From NCBI GenBank assembly GCA_037143335.1, contig JBAWZA010000013.1, positions 9,208 through 73,207 on the forward strand: a DNA stretch of 64,000 nucleotides, written 5' to 3'. The position numbers and the translations under genes were made by a program. Shown here piece by piece: positions 37,282 to 47,052 of this stretch. Positions within the stretch are counted from its first letter, which is position 1. Each line of letters begins with the position of its first letter. The notes under the pieces were generated by a model. That model saw only the letters and a list, made by a program, of their open reading frames with translations, had not been told where the DNA came from and did no database searches. The DNA comes from a bacterium (GTDB lineage Bacteria > Bacteroidota > Ignavibacteria > Palsa-1295).

Positions 37282-38559
37282 ATGGTTTCTTCACAAGAAA
37301 AGATGGTAGTCCTGACTGATGAGCGGAGTGACCCCGCGACCTTCGTGGCGGAGATCAAGCGTTCGACGCGCTTCGATGCCTTTGCCGTAGGCTTAGGTGG
37401 TATAGCGTTGGTAGTGCTCGTTGCCTTCATTATCAAGGACTATTCACCCTTCATCGTAGCGGCGGCATTGTTCCTCTTACTGTTTCCTTTTCGGGAATAC
37501 CGAGCTGCTCGCACGATCATGTTTACTGGGGGAATACTCCTGGGGTTCTGGCTTTTCGTAACGCTTGCGAGTCTGCTATTTCCTTTTATTCTTGGATTGC
37601 TTATCGCTTATCTCTTCAATCCTGTGGTTGGATGGATAGAGGAGAAATGGAAAATCTCACGCGGATGGAGTTCGCTGGTCATAGTAGTTCTGCTCATCGG
37701 AATTGTGACGGGCTTAGCACTTATACTGATTCCTATGCTCGTCGAGCAACTGCAAGCTTTACTGGGAGTGATTTCGCAGTATATGCAAAGTTCGTCATTA
37801 ACGTTCGATGAAAAGGGAATCAGAGAATTCTGCCTAAGAGTCGGTTTACCACAATCCTTTGTGGATCAATATGTCACGCATGAGATACTTCCAAAGGTGA
37901 AGGAAATAACAGGTCAGATGCCGAATATTATTATCACCATACTTGAATCAATACCAACCTATGCAACGCGAGTATTAGATCTTGTTATCATACCTGTTGC
38001 GGCGATTTATTTCTTGAAAGATTGGAATGTGATGATTGACAGCATTCAATCGCTTATCCCGCAACGACATCGCCCTTCGTTTATTTCCACCTTCCAACGA
38101 ATTGATAAAGTTCTTTATGGTTACATGCGTGGGCAATCAACGGTTGCGGTAATTATCGGCACCTTAGGTGCGATCACCTTTAGCATTATCGGAATTCCGT
38201 ATGCAATATTAATCGGTCTTGCAATCGCATTACTCGATCTCATTCCATTCATCGGCTTAATTTTTAGCATTCTGATTGTCGAGGCAGTAGTCATGATTAC
38301 CATGCCGATGAACCTGTGGAATTTGCTGTCTCCGATTATCGTCGTCGGAGCGTTGCATACATTCGAGAATTATTATTTGGGTCCGCGTATCGTCGGAAAA
38401 GGAATCAATATTCCGCCCGTACTCATCATCATGTCGCTCTTTGTCTTTAGCTTTTTTATGGGTTTCCTCGGAATGCTCATCGCTGTGCCGCTCACAGGAA
38501 TTATTATGCTCTTCGTTCGTGAATATCGTCAAGCGCTTGTTGAGCATCCTTTGATGTAA
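37282..38559 (+). CDS. AI-2E family transporter (UPF0118/PerM-like)
   Basis: A polytopic membrane protein whose C-terminal block is PILVVGALHTFENYYLGPRIVGKGINIPPVLII. Confidence 0.8.
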   Translation: MVSSQEKMVVLTDERSDPATFVAEIKRSTRFDAFAVGLGGIALVVLVAFIIKDYSPFIVAAALFLLLFPFREYRAARTIMFTGGILLGFWLFVTLASLLFPFILGLLIAYLFNPVVGWIEEKWKISRGWSSLVIVVLLIGIVTGLALILIPMLVEQLQALLGVISQYMQSSSLTFDEKGIREFCLRVGLPQSFVDQYVTHEILPKVKEITGQMPNIIITILESIPTYATRVLDLVIIPVAAIYFLKDWNVMIDSIQSLIPQRHRPSFISTFQRIDKVLYGYMRGQSTVAVIIGTLGAITFSIIGIPYAILIGLAIALLDLIPFIGLIFSILIVEAVVMITMPMNLWNLLSPIIVVGALHTFENYYLGPRIVGKGINIPPVLIIMSLFVFSFFMGFLGMLIAVPLTGIIMLFVREYRQALVEHPLM

Positions 38560-39282
38560 ATGGCGAAAGGCACACTCTACATCGTCTCTACGCCAATCGG
38601 CAATCCCGCCGATATAACTCAACGTGCAATCGAAGTGATTACTGACTGCGCAATCTTGGTCTGTGAGGAGACGAAGCCAACCAACCGATTGCTCGCTCGG
38701 CTGAAACTGCAGAAAGAGTTATTACTCTTGAATGAACACACGACCCAAGAGGCAACTGCAGAAGCTGTTCAAATACTTGAAGATGGAAAAAATATCGCTC
38801 TCATCTCTGATGATGGTACACCACTCGTTGCTGACCCGGGGAGTGAGTTAGTCCGAGAATGTATCGAACGAGGCATTAGTGTGGTGCCAATACCTGGCGC
38901 GTCGAGTATTCTTGCGGCGATTGTAGCGAGCGGATTCGCACTTACCTCATTTACCTTCTGCGGATTTTTACCTCGCGATAAGCAGGAGCGAAAATCCGTC
39001 GCTGCATCTTATAAGAATCGAAAGGAGACATTGATATTTCTTGAAGCCCCGTATAGACTCGCTCAATTATTGCAGGATATGGCAGATGGCCTTGGCAAAG
39101 AACGCAAAGCTGTGCTCGGTATGAATCTCACGGTGGAAACCGAACAATTCAAGCGCGGGACACTTGGATTGTTGCTAGAATATTTTACGGAACATCCGTT
39201 CAAAGGTGAGTTTGTGCTTGTGATTGAAGGTAGTGGGCATTCATTATTACCTCAGCGCAACCAACGCCATCAAAAACTATAA
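38560..39282 (+). CDS. rsmI: 16S rRNA (cytidine1402-2'-O)-methyltransferase
   Basis: GTLYIVSTPIGNPADITQRAIEVI... tetrapyrrole-methylase-like fold motifs. Confidence 0.85.
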   Translation: MAKGTLYIVSTPIGNPADITQRAIEVITDCAILVCEETKPTNRLLARLKLQKELLLLNEHTTQEATAEAVQILEDGKNIALISDDGTPLVADPGSELVRECIERGISVVPIPGASSILAAIVASGFALTSFTFCGFLPRDKQERKSVAASYKNRKETLIFLEAPYRLAQLLQDMADGLGKERKAVLGMNLTVETEQFKRGTLGLLLEYFTEHPFKGEFVLVIEGSGHSLLPQRNQRHQKL

Positions 39283-39307
39283 ACTTCATGCTTCTTGTTT
39301 GCTCAAG

Positions 39308-42300
39308 GTGAAAGAAGGATTCGGAGTTGTTTTCGTCAGCGCAGTTATCGCATTAGCTTTGGCGTTGCCCATTGTGGGCAGAGCGCAAACTCGGACGATT
39401 GAAGTTGCCATTTCTTCAATCAACGATTCACTCATCACACTTCCCGACGATTTTATTATCCCAAGTTCTCTTGCATTAAAACTTGATAATACGATTGACT
39501 TGCGCAGTCCTTCGGATTTTTCACTTGATACGAACCTTCGTTTTATCGTGCTCACACCACTCCTACGAAATACTGTTTTCGGTGTAGCCGTCGGAAGTAT
39601 GGAAAAATTGCCATCGCATGTGCTACAGATTCGTTACTCGGTGTTGCCAATTAATCTCAAGCGCTCCTATACACTCTATCCTTTGCCCAATCAGAAAATA
39701 GATAGTGTTAGAATACAGCATATTGATTCGTCACATCAGCCATTATCCGTTGAACAAAATCCCCAGCAGCAAAGGGAATTAGCGCTCACGAAATCTGGTG
39801 GTATCACTCGCGGTATCTCCGGTGGTTCGACTCAGGACATTGCATTCACCAATAGTTTTAATCTCACGTTCGCTGGCGATCTCGGCACAGAGCTTTCATT
39901 CAAAGGCGCATTGAGCGAAGAGTCAACGCCAATACAGCCTGAAGGCAATACGCAAATACTGCGCGATGTTGATCGAATATATCTTGAAATAAATGCAGGA
40001 AAAATATTTGCTGCGACGCTCGGTGACTATACGCTCGACCTCAACCCTAAATTAAGAGTGCTTGCGAATACGAACTCTGAGTACGACCAGATCTTTGCTA
40101 AATTCACACGCAAGGTACTTGGTGCAAAAGCGGATGTGCTCGCCGGACCAACCGAAATAATCGTCAGTGGCTCTGCCACCAAAGGAAGATTTTCTACACT
40201 CGCGTTTGCTGGACTTGACGGAGTGCAAGGACCCTACAGGTTGCAAGGAAAAAATGGCGAGCGCAATATCATCATCGTTGCAGGCACGGAGCACGTCTTT
40301 ATTGATGGTTCGCAACTTATGCGCGGAGAGTTGAATGACTATGTGATTGATTACGGCCTGTCAGAGATTCGGTTTACGAATAAACGATTTATTTCTTCCC
40401 AATCGCGGATTACTATTGACTTTGAATACACCGACGAGCAATATAGTCGCTCGCTTGTCGCCACGTCGCAGACATCATCATTTTTTGATGACAAGATAAG
40501 ATTGAGCACAAGCTACATTCGCGAAGGTGACGATAAGGATAATCCAAAAATTTTATTACTTAGCGATTCCGATAAAACCATTCTGCAACGCGCTGGCTCA
40601 GATCCATTGAAGGCTGGGAAGAGCGGTGTCATATTCATTGGGCGCGATTCAAGTGGCAGAGCGAAAGGCAACTACATAAAAGTTGATTCACTTATTACCG
40701 GGATCGAACGCATCTTTTTTCGCTATGCACCATACGATACGGCTGCATCACTCTATAATGTGAGCTTCGGTTTTAGTGGTAGTGGGAAGGGAGCATATAT
40801 CCGTAACGGAATAGGAGAGTATTCCTTTGTGGGAAGTGGTCTTGGGGATTATGATACGACAATGTATTTTCCATTACCAACACGTAGTCAACTTTTTGCG
40901 ACGCAACTCGTTGTTCGACCAATCAGTCCTCTGATTATAGGTTCTGAATTTGCATTGAGTGATTTCAATGCCAATCTTTTCGCATTGCCAAATGGCATCC
41001 AAGATAATGCCTACAGAATTTTCGGTTCGTTCCATGATACCATCGGCAGAGCCGTTATGAGCGTGCATTATGCTGAAAGATTTACTGGCTCGCAATTTAA
41101 TCCTATTGATCGAGATCGTAAGGTGGAAGAACTTCGCAACTACGGCATCGATCAATCAGCGAATAGCGCAGTAGGGTTACCTCTCGCAGAGCGCGAGCGG
41201 AAGGTTTCGACTTCGCTTGGACTGACGCCACTCTCCTTAGGAGTTGACTACGGTCTCTTCACTCGCGGAAGAGATCAATATAAGGCAGAGAGATTTGCAG
41301 GGTATATGACTCTCACCGAAGACACCGCATTCTTCCCACGTACTCAAGTCACGTTCGCCAAAATCAATACCACCGACTCTGTTACATTATCAAATTCAGT
41401 ATGGAGTACAATCACTGGCTCGATCAAGAAATCATTTATTCAAGGATTGTTGCGCCTCACGCCCTGTTTCATGTTCGAAACAAATTCGCGACAAGCCAAC
41501 CTTATCGGAGTAAATGATTCGCTAATCGCCACATCGTTTCGTTTTCATCAGCTAACTCCGTCGGTTGATGTTGTTATCGGGAATAATATAGCATTCGGAT
41601 TGCAACTTCAACTTCGCTCGGATGATAGCGCAACCTCTGGTGCGTTCGCGCACACAAGTGATGCGACGACAATTCTCTTTAATTCGCGCCTTACGAATCT
41701 CTCAGGATTTTCCAGTCAACTCGATCTTGGAGTGCGCAAGAAAAATTATGCAGATAGTGTATCAACGACGAGGAATGGTGGCAATGCGTCAAGTTTCCTG
41801 ATGCGATGGATTCCGAGGTATCAATCAGCAAATAATATTCTGAGTATTGACGGACTCTACGAAGCCTCCGAGCAGCGTGCGGCACGAGTAGAGCGGATAT
41901 TCTTCCCCGTCCAAAAAGGACTCGGTAGTTACCGTTACCTCGGCGATCTCAATGGCAATGGTAAACAAGACCCCGAAGAATTTGCGCTGGCTCGGTATAG
42001 CGACGAAGGCGCATTCATCCTGTTGAATATCCCAACTGAGGCATTGTTTCCAGTGACGGATTTGCGTTCGTCGCTTCGATTGCGATTGAGTCCACTCAAT
42101 TATCTTTCTACCGAAACTTCGGTGCGAATCGAAGAAAATAGTTCTGACGCGCATACATCGGACATCTATTTATACAAGCTCTCACATTTTCTGAATGATT
42201 CAACCACGCTCCGAGGCACGATCGAACTTCAGCAAGATGTGAATGTATTAGAGAATAATGCCACGCAAAATTATCGGCTTCGTTATCAAGAGAGAAAAAA

Positions 42301-42883
42301 TCTTGTGCAGTATAACACTGGTCCTGAGAAATCATACCTCCGTGAATTATCTCTTCGCGGAAGGTTTCATCTTTCGTATGAAATCGGCAATGAAACCGAG
42401 CTAACGCAAACTATAGATAATCTCACGGCTGATACGCATTCACTCGGTCAAACTCATTCTACAAAACGAATTGATGTTCGTTCTGAGTGGAACTACGAGC
42501 CATATATTTCACCGTTCGGCTTTACGTTGACTGGAGAAATATCTTCCGCAACAGATCATACTCCCGCACCAGTAACGAATGCCTTTCTCAATAGCCTCAG
42601 TCTCGGTATTCGTTACCGAATCTCGAACTCAACTCGTTTGCGATTTGAACTCGGACGTGATGAACTTAGACTCAGTGGAGGCTCAACTTCATTTACGAAT
42701 GTCTATTCACTCACGCAAGGACGCAATCCGGGAAGTACTTGGCTCTGGGGGATTTCGTTTGATCTGCAGTTAGCTTCCGGGATTGTGCTCACCTCAGTGT
42801 ATAACGGCAGATCAGAATTAAGTTTTGATGCTACGCGAAATGTGATCCACACTGCCCGAGCAGAAGTCAGAGCTTCATTCTAA
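39308..42883 (+). CDS. very large predicted outer-membrane beta-barrel protein of unknown function
   Basis: The GTG at 39308, in frame with the track ORF, gives the signal peptide (M)KEGFGVVFVSAVIALALALPIVGRAQ. The sequence is beta-rich with alternating patterns throughout. The C-terminus is ...ARAEVRASF. Confidence 0.5.
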   Translation: MKEGFGVVFVSAVIALALALPIVGRAQTRTIEVAISSINDSLITLPDDFIIPSSLALKLDNTIDLRSPSDFSLDTNLRFIVLTPLLRNTVFGVAVGSMEKLPSHVLQIRYSVLPINLKRSYTLYPLPNQKIDSVRIQHIDSSHQPLSVEQNPQQQRELALTKSGGITRGISGGSTQDIAFTNSFNLTFAGDLGTELSFKGALSEESTPIQPEGNTQILRDVDRIYLEINAGKIFAATLGDYTLDLNPKLRVLANTNSEYDQIFAKFTRKVLGAKADVLAGPTEIIVSGSATKGRFSTLAFAGLDGVQGPYRLQGKNGERNIIIVAGTEHVFIDGSQLMRGELNDYVIDYGLSEIRFTNKRFISSQSRITIDFEYTDEQYSRSLVATSQTSSFFDDKIRLSTSYIREGDDKDNPKILLLSDSDKTILQRAGSDPLKAGKSGVIFIGRDSSGRAKGNYIKVDSLITGIERIFFRYAPYDTAASLYNVSFGFSGSGKGAYIRNGIGEYSFVGSGLGDYDTTMYFPLPTRSQLFATQLVVRPISPLIIGSEFALSDFNANLFALPNGIQDNAYRIFGSFHDTIGRAVMSVHYAERFTGSQFNPIDRDRKVEELRNYGIDQSANSAVGLPLAERERKVSTSLGLTPLSLGVDYGLFTRGRDQYKAERFAGYMTLTEDTAFFPRTQVTFAKINTTDSVTLSNSVWSTITGSIKKSFIQGLLRLTPCFMFETNSRQANLIGVNDSLIATSFRFHQLTPSVDVVIGNNIAFGLQLQLRSDDSATSGAFAHTSDATTILFNSRLTNLSGFSSQLDLGVRKKNYADSVSTTRNGGNASSFLMRWIPRYQSANNILSIDGLYEASEQRAARVERIFFPVQKGLGSYRYLGDLNGNGKQDPEEFALARYSDEGAFILLNIPTEALFPVTDLRSSLRLRLSPLNYLSTETSVRIEENSSDAHTSDIYLYKLSHFLNDSTTLRGTIELQQDVNVLENNATQNYRLRYQERKNLVQYNTGPEKSYLRELSLRGRFHLSYEIGNETELTQTIDNLTADTHSLGQTHSTKRIDVRSEWNYEPYISPFGFTLTGEISSATDHTPAPVTNAFLNSLSLGIRYRISNSTRLRFELGRDELRLSGGSTSFTNVYSLTQGRNPGSTWLWGISFDLQLASGIVLTSVYNGRSELSFDATRNVIHTARAEVRASF

Positions 42884-43000
42884 TTCCCCTCTGTAGTGAC
42901 GAGCATAAGCGTCTGTGTATCATGGTTCATGTTTATACCGTTGCCCTGACCCCATAAAATGATTATTCCCTGTTCTGCGTTATAAGGCTCCATCTATTTT

Positions 43001-44083
43001 ATGTGTGCGATGAAACCGAGTATTACAGCAGCAAACCAGACAGAACTATGCGAGCAGAAAGCCTCGCAGGTCATGCGCTGGATTTCGGAGATGGAAGACG
43101 TTGCCAAGACAGAATTTGCCGTCGTCCGTCTATTCGAGCAAGGCGTCTTGCCTGAAGGCACAAAGGGGTTCTTGCATATTCTTCTTGAGTCGCAGTTCGT
43201 CGGGGATAGGACTGGACTCGAATTACAACCGGAAAAAATTCGAGAACTACTCATTGAGGCTTTCCAAAATACAGCTCACTATTTACTCAGCCCACAATCA
43301 TTCCTTGCCGATTTCCTCACACTTGATACTGATTCGATCAACATTAGTACCGACGTACTTTTACGCCTAAGCTATCTTGTTGACTATCCGTACTTCAGCG
43401 AGTGGATAGACGAGTGGCTTGATGCTCGATGCTCGAAAGGGAATAGTGCGATTCCAAAATCTGCATTCGAGGAATTTCTCTTTCAAACCGATCAACTCGT
43501 TACACAAAATGTAAGCACGGAGGAGTTGGCTACGCTGTTGGAACCGCTGATTCATTTCTACGGCGGTGATCGCTTGCCAGATGAAATGGCATGGACATTT
43601 TTTGAGGATAAGCGTTTGCAGAGTGCCGATAGTGCCGAACATACAGGGTTCGATGCATCTGAACTTGCTATCGCACTAAAAGAGGCGAAGCCGATGAGTG
43701 AGCCAATCCAAAGTTCTGATGATTTTGCGCCTATCCCCGAATACGATTCGTTCTTGAAAGAATTGCGAGAGATCGGTGTGATACTCCCACCTCCACATAA
43801 AGATCACTCGGTCGCCACTGAAGCTTCGCTTCCGCCGATGGAGATATTTCTTTCCAAAAAAGCTCGGACAAAATTAATAGAGAAAATTTTTCAAGGCAAT
43901 GAGCTTGAGTACAATCGCGCAATGGATCAACTCAATACCTCCGCTGATTACAAACAAGCGCAATTAAATTTGCGGACAATTTTAGGAATGTACAAGGTTC
44001 GAGCAGGTTCTAAATCTGCTCTTCGGCTTGAATATGCACTACATCTCCGTTACGGAATACAAGTCGAAAATATACTACCATGA
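43001..44083 (+). CDS. hypothetical acidic protein
   Basis: Long ORF whose stop overlaps the obg start (ATGA). I recognise no motifs. Confidence 0.5.
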   Translation: MCAMKPSITAANQTELCEQKASQVMRWISEMEDVAKTEFAVVRLFEQGVLPEGTKGFLHILLESQFVGDRTGLELQPEKIRELLIEAFQNTAHYLLSPQSFLADFLTLDTDSINISTDVLLRLSYLVDYPYFSEWIDEWLDARCSKGNSAIPKSAFEEFLFQTDQLVTQNVSTEELATLLEPLIHFYGGDRLPDEMAWTFFEDKRLQSADSAEHTGFDASELAIALKEAKPMSEPIQSSDDFAPIPEYDSFLKELREIGVILPPPHKDHSVATEASLPPMEIFLSKKARTKLIEKIFQGNELEYNRAMDQLNTSADYKQAQLNLRTILGMYKVRAGSKSALRLEYALHLRYGIQVENILP

Positions 44084-45084
44084 AATTCATAGATCAAGCC
44101 AAAATTTCTGTTACTGCCGGTAAAGGTGGCGATGGTGTCATCGCATGGCGCAAAGAAAAATATGTACCCAAAGGCGGACCCAACGGTGGCAATGGCGGAC
44201 CGGGTGGCAATGTCATCTTCATGGCTGATCCTCAGCTCTCGACTTTGCTCGATTTCCGATATGTCAGAAAATATGAAGCGCCAGACGGCAACCCTGGCGA
44301 AGCGGATAATTGCACCGGAAGAACAGGCACTGATCTTGTCATTCGCGTACCAGTCGGTACGGTGATTAAAGACGGCGTGACCACGGATGTTCTCGCTGAT
44401 ATGATCGAGCCATTTCAACAAGCAGTAATTGCGAAGGGCGGCAAGGGTGGCTTGGGAAATAATTTTTTCAAATCACCAACCAACCAAGCGCCACGTCATC
44501 GCACTGTCGGCAAACCCGGCGAAGCGTTCGAGCTTGAGTTAGAATTAAAACTTCTTGCTGACGTCGCTCTCGTTGGTTTTCCCAACGCTGGAAAATCTAC
44601 ACTCATTAGCAGAATATCTGCGGCGAAGCCGAAGATTGCAGATTATCCGTTCACAACGCTTGTACCAAATCTCGGAATCGTCAGTGCACCGGAAGACCAC
44701 AAGTCCTTCGTTGTTGCTGATATTCCCGGTCTCATCGAGGGAGCAAGTGCGGGCAAGGGATTGGGTATTCAATTCTTGCGACATATCGAGCGCTCGAAAG
44801 TATTGCTTTTCTTACTCGACGGTTCCGACACTCTGCAAACTCCGGAAGAGTCTTATGCAATCTTGAAAAAAGAACTGAAAACATTCAGCAAAGAACTCAT
44901 CGGCAGACCCAAGATTGTAGCCATCACAAAATCAGATGCCTTCACTCCTGAACAAGTTGAGGAGTATTCCAAAATTTCGTTTGATCGGAAGAAACCACTC
45001 ATCATCAGTGCTGTCGTAGGTACAAACATCCCGACGTTGGTATCCAAACTTTGGGATCTGCTGAAAAAAGAGCAGGCTTTATGA
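44080..45084 (+). CDS. obg: GTPase Obg
   Basis: MKFIDQAKISVTAGKGGDG Obg fold. G1 is GFPNAGKST and G3 is DIPGLIEGAS. Confidence 0.9.
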   Translation: MKFIDQAKISVTAGKGGDGVIAWRKEKYVPKGGPNGGNGGPGGNVIFMADPQLSTLLDFRYVRKYEAPDGNPGEADNCTGRTGTDLVIRVPVGTVIKDGVTTDVLADMIEPFQQAVIAKGGKGGLGNNFFKSPTNQAPRHRTVGKPGEAFELELELKLLADVALVGFPNAGKSTLISRISAAKPKIADYPFTTLVPNLGIVSAPEDHKSFVVADIPGLIEGASAGKGLGIQFLRHIERSKVLLFLLDGSDTLQTPEESYAILKKELKTFSKELIGRPKIVAITKSDAFTPEQVEEYSKISFDRKKPLIISAVVGTNIPTLVSKLWDLLKKEQAL

Positions 45085-45458
45085 TTTATTTTTATCTTGC
45101 AATTGGCTCCGTTGCCGGAGCGATTCTTCGGTATCAATTGGGTTTGTGGATTCCGGGACTTGCGACAGACTCTGCGGGATTTCCGTGGTCAACACTACTC
45201 ATCAATGTGTCTGGCTCTCTGGTGATGGGTTTCTTGGTAGAGTATTTCGATTCATCAGCTTCGACCAAAGAAATAAAGTTGATGCTCACCGTCGGTTTCT
45301 GCGGATCTTTCACCACGTTCTCTACATTTTCGCACGAGACAATATCGCTCTTCAAAGATGGAAGACTTGGTGTTGGACTCTTATATGTTGGTCTAAGTTT
45401 CGCACTTGCTGGCGGAGGATACGTGCTGGGGTATCTCGGTGCACGTGCACTGAAATGA
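45081..45458 (+). CDS. crcB: fluoride ion channel CrcB
   Basis: The ATG at 45081 overlaps the obg stop. It has four TM helices and the motif GFCGSFTTFSTF. Confidence 0.85.
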   Translation: MIYFYLAIGSVAGAILRYQLGLWIPGLATDSAGFPWSTLLINVSGSLVMGFLVEYFDSSASTKEIKLMLTVGFCGSFTTFSTFSHETISLFKDGRLGVGLLYVGLSFALAGGGYVLGYLGARALK

Positions 45459-45475
45459 GGGGACTAATTTTTTTG

Positions 45476-45559
45476 TGCCTAGAGTCGGACTCGAACCGAC
45501 ACACCATTACTGGCGGCAGATTTTGAGTCTGCTGCGTCTACCAATTTCGCCATCCAGGC
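45476..45559 (-). tRNA. tRNA-Leu (CAA), long variable arm
   Basis: Acceptor GCCTGGA/TCTAGGC, anticodon loop CTCAAAA, T-loop TTCGAGT. Confidence 0.9.
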
Positions 45560-45607
45560 ATTTTCAAACGGGAAGCGATTAACACTTCCGACTTCGTATA
45601 GATTTCC

Positions 45608-46087
45608 TTATCTCGTAATCTCTAATATCTGAAACTCCAACGTGCCGGCGGGTACTTTTACTTGTACCATTGCGCCGACGGCATTATTCAAGAGTGCTTT
45701 ACCAATCGGTGAAGAGACAGAAATTTTGCCACCTTCAAAATCGGCATCCTCAGCGGAGACGATCTGGTAGGTTGCCTCTTTCTTGGTTTTCTTATTCACG
45801 ACGCGTACCTTCGTGAGCATCCCAACTTTATCGAGCGAAATCTGCGATTCGTCAATAATGGTCGAATTCATCAGCATCACTTCCATTTTATGGATGCGAA
45901 GCTCCAATAGCCCTTGCTCTTCGCGGGCTGCGTCATACTCTGCATTTTCCGAAAGATCACCTTGTGCGCGAGCCTCGGCAATTTTGCCGGCGATCTCTTT
46001 TCGAGCGTGAATCTTCAGGTGCTGAAGATCTTTCTCAATCTCCGAGAGCCTCTCGCGCGTCACATATACTACTGAATGTCCTGCCAT
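45608..46087 (-). CDS. greA: transcription elongation factor GreA
   Basis: VYVTRERLSEIEKDLQHLK coiled-coil, EARAQGDLSENAEYDAAREEQ, and a C-terminal FKBP-like domain. Confidence 0.9.
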   Translation of the reverse strand: MAGHSVVYVTRERLSEIEKDLQHLKIHARKEIAGKIAEARAQGDLSENAEYDAAREEQGLLELRIHKMEVMLMNSTIIDESQISLDKVGMLTKVRVVNKKTKKEATYQIVSAEDADFEGGKISVSSPIGKALLNNAVGAMVQVKVPAGTLEFQILEITR

Positions 46088-46387
46088 ACACAAATAAATA
46101 AAAGAAGGCATCCGCCGAGGCGAATACCTTCTTTCGGATTTTAAGTTTTATACTAAAGAGATTTTTTCGTCATTCTGTTCCCAAAGGGGGAGAGGATGCT
46201 TTAGTTCAGACAAGCAAGAAACGCCATTGATGACCACTTACATGACGAAAACAGAATAAAAGGATACTGCGAGCAGAAAAATAGGTGATGATGAGCATTG
46301 TTTGAGGATATCGCTTTTCGTAGTTTTGTATCAACAAGTTCATGCTATTGCATGAGTCATTTTTTCAATAAGACAAATACTACAACG

Positions 46388-46969
46388 ATGAACATCCAAT
46401 CACAAAGCTGGCAAGACTTACAAGTCGCACAGCCAATAGACCCGAAATCAATTATCCTGTCAGCGGCGCTCAACAGCACAACCGGTACATGGCAGAGAAG
46501 TACGAACGCACTTCAGACTGCATGGTCAGGTACGAATGCACTTGCATTTACTGGCAATAATACAAGTGTCGCATCCTATGACCTAACAGACGGTGCCACA
46601 GTCGTTGACGCTGCTCAGTGGACAATTGCGCATCAAATGGTAAACGCTGCGACCAATATCGCGCCGAGCATGAACAAAGTCGTCTTCGTTCGCGCAGGCG
46701 AAATATGGGACAACAAACTCGAACTCAATTTCGGGGCATCGAGCTACAATAATGTTCAGCTGACATTCCGCGATAATCTCGGAACATCAGGGCAGTTCGT
46801 AAACGGCGCAACAGGCGGAGTACCGGTGTATAATTTCGGGAATGGAATAACCGGAAATCAGATTCTGCATTTAACGATTGCCTACCCAGGGGTTTACTCA
46901 ATGGTATTGCTAATGGTACTCTCAAGCAATTGGAGCACGTTTGAATTCGAGCTAGTGGTATTGCCATAA
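46388..46969 (+). CDS. hypothetical beta-rich protein (193 aa from the ATG at 46388)
   Basis: ORF only. There is no signal peptide and no recognisable motif. The start choice is uncertain. Confidence 0.45.
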   Translation: MNIQSQSWQDLQVAQPIDPKSIILSAALNSTTGTWQRSTNALQTAWSGTNALAFTGNNTSVASYDLTDGATVVDAAQWTIAHQMVNAATNIAPSMNKVVFVRAGEIWDNKLELNFGASSYNNVQLTFRDNLGTSGQFVNGATGGVPVYNFGNGITGNQILHLTIAYPGVYSMVLLMVLSSNWSTFEFELVVLP

Positions 46970-47052
46970 ATAAACGAATACCCTCTCCATGAAGATTGGG
47001 GAGGGCGCTGAGATTCAAACAGTCAAACTCACGTTAATTACAAAATTTTACC

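Noticed and set aside
39224-39307. The upstream ATG start of the 1219-aa ORF, overlapping rsmI by 59 nt.
   Set aside because: The in-frame GTG at 39308 yields a proper signal peptide and removes the overlap. The upstream residues have no signal-like features.
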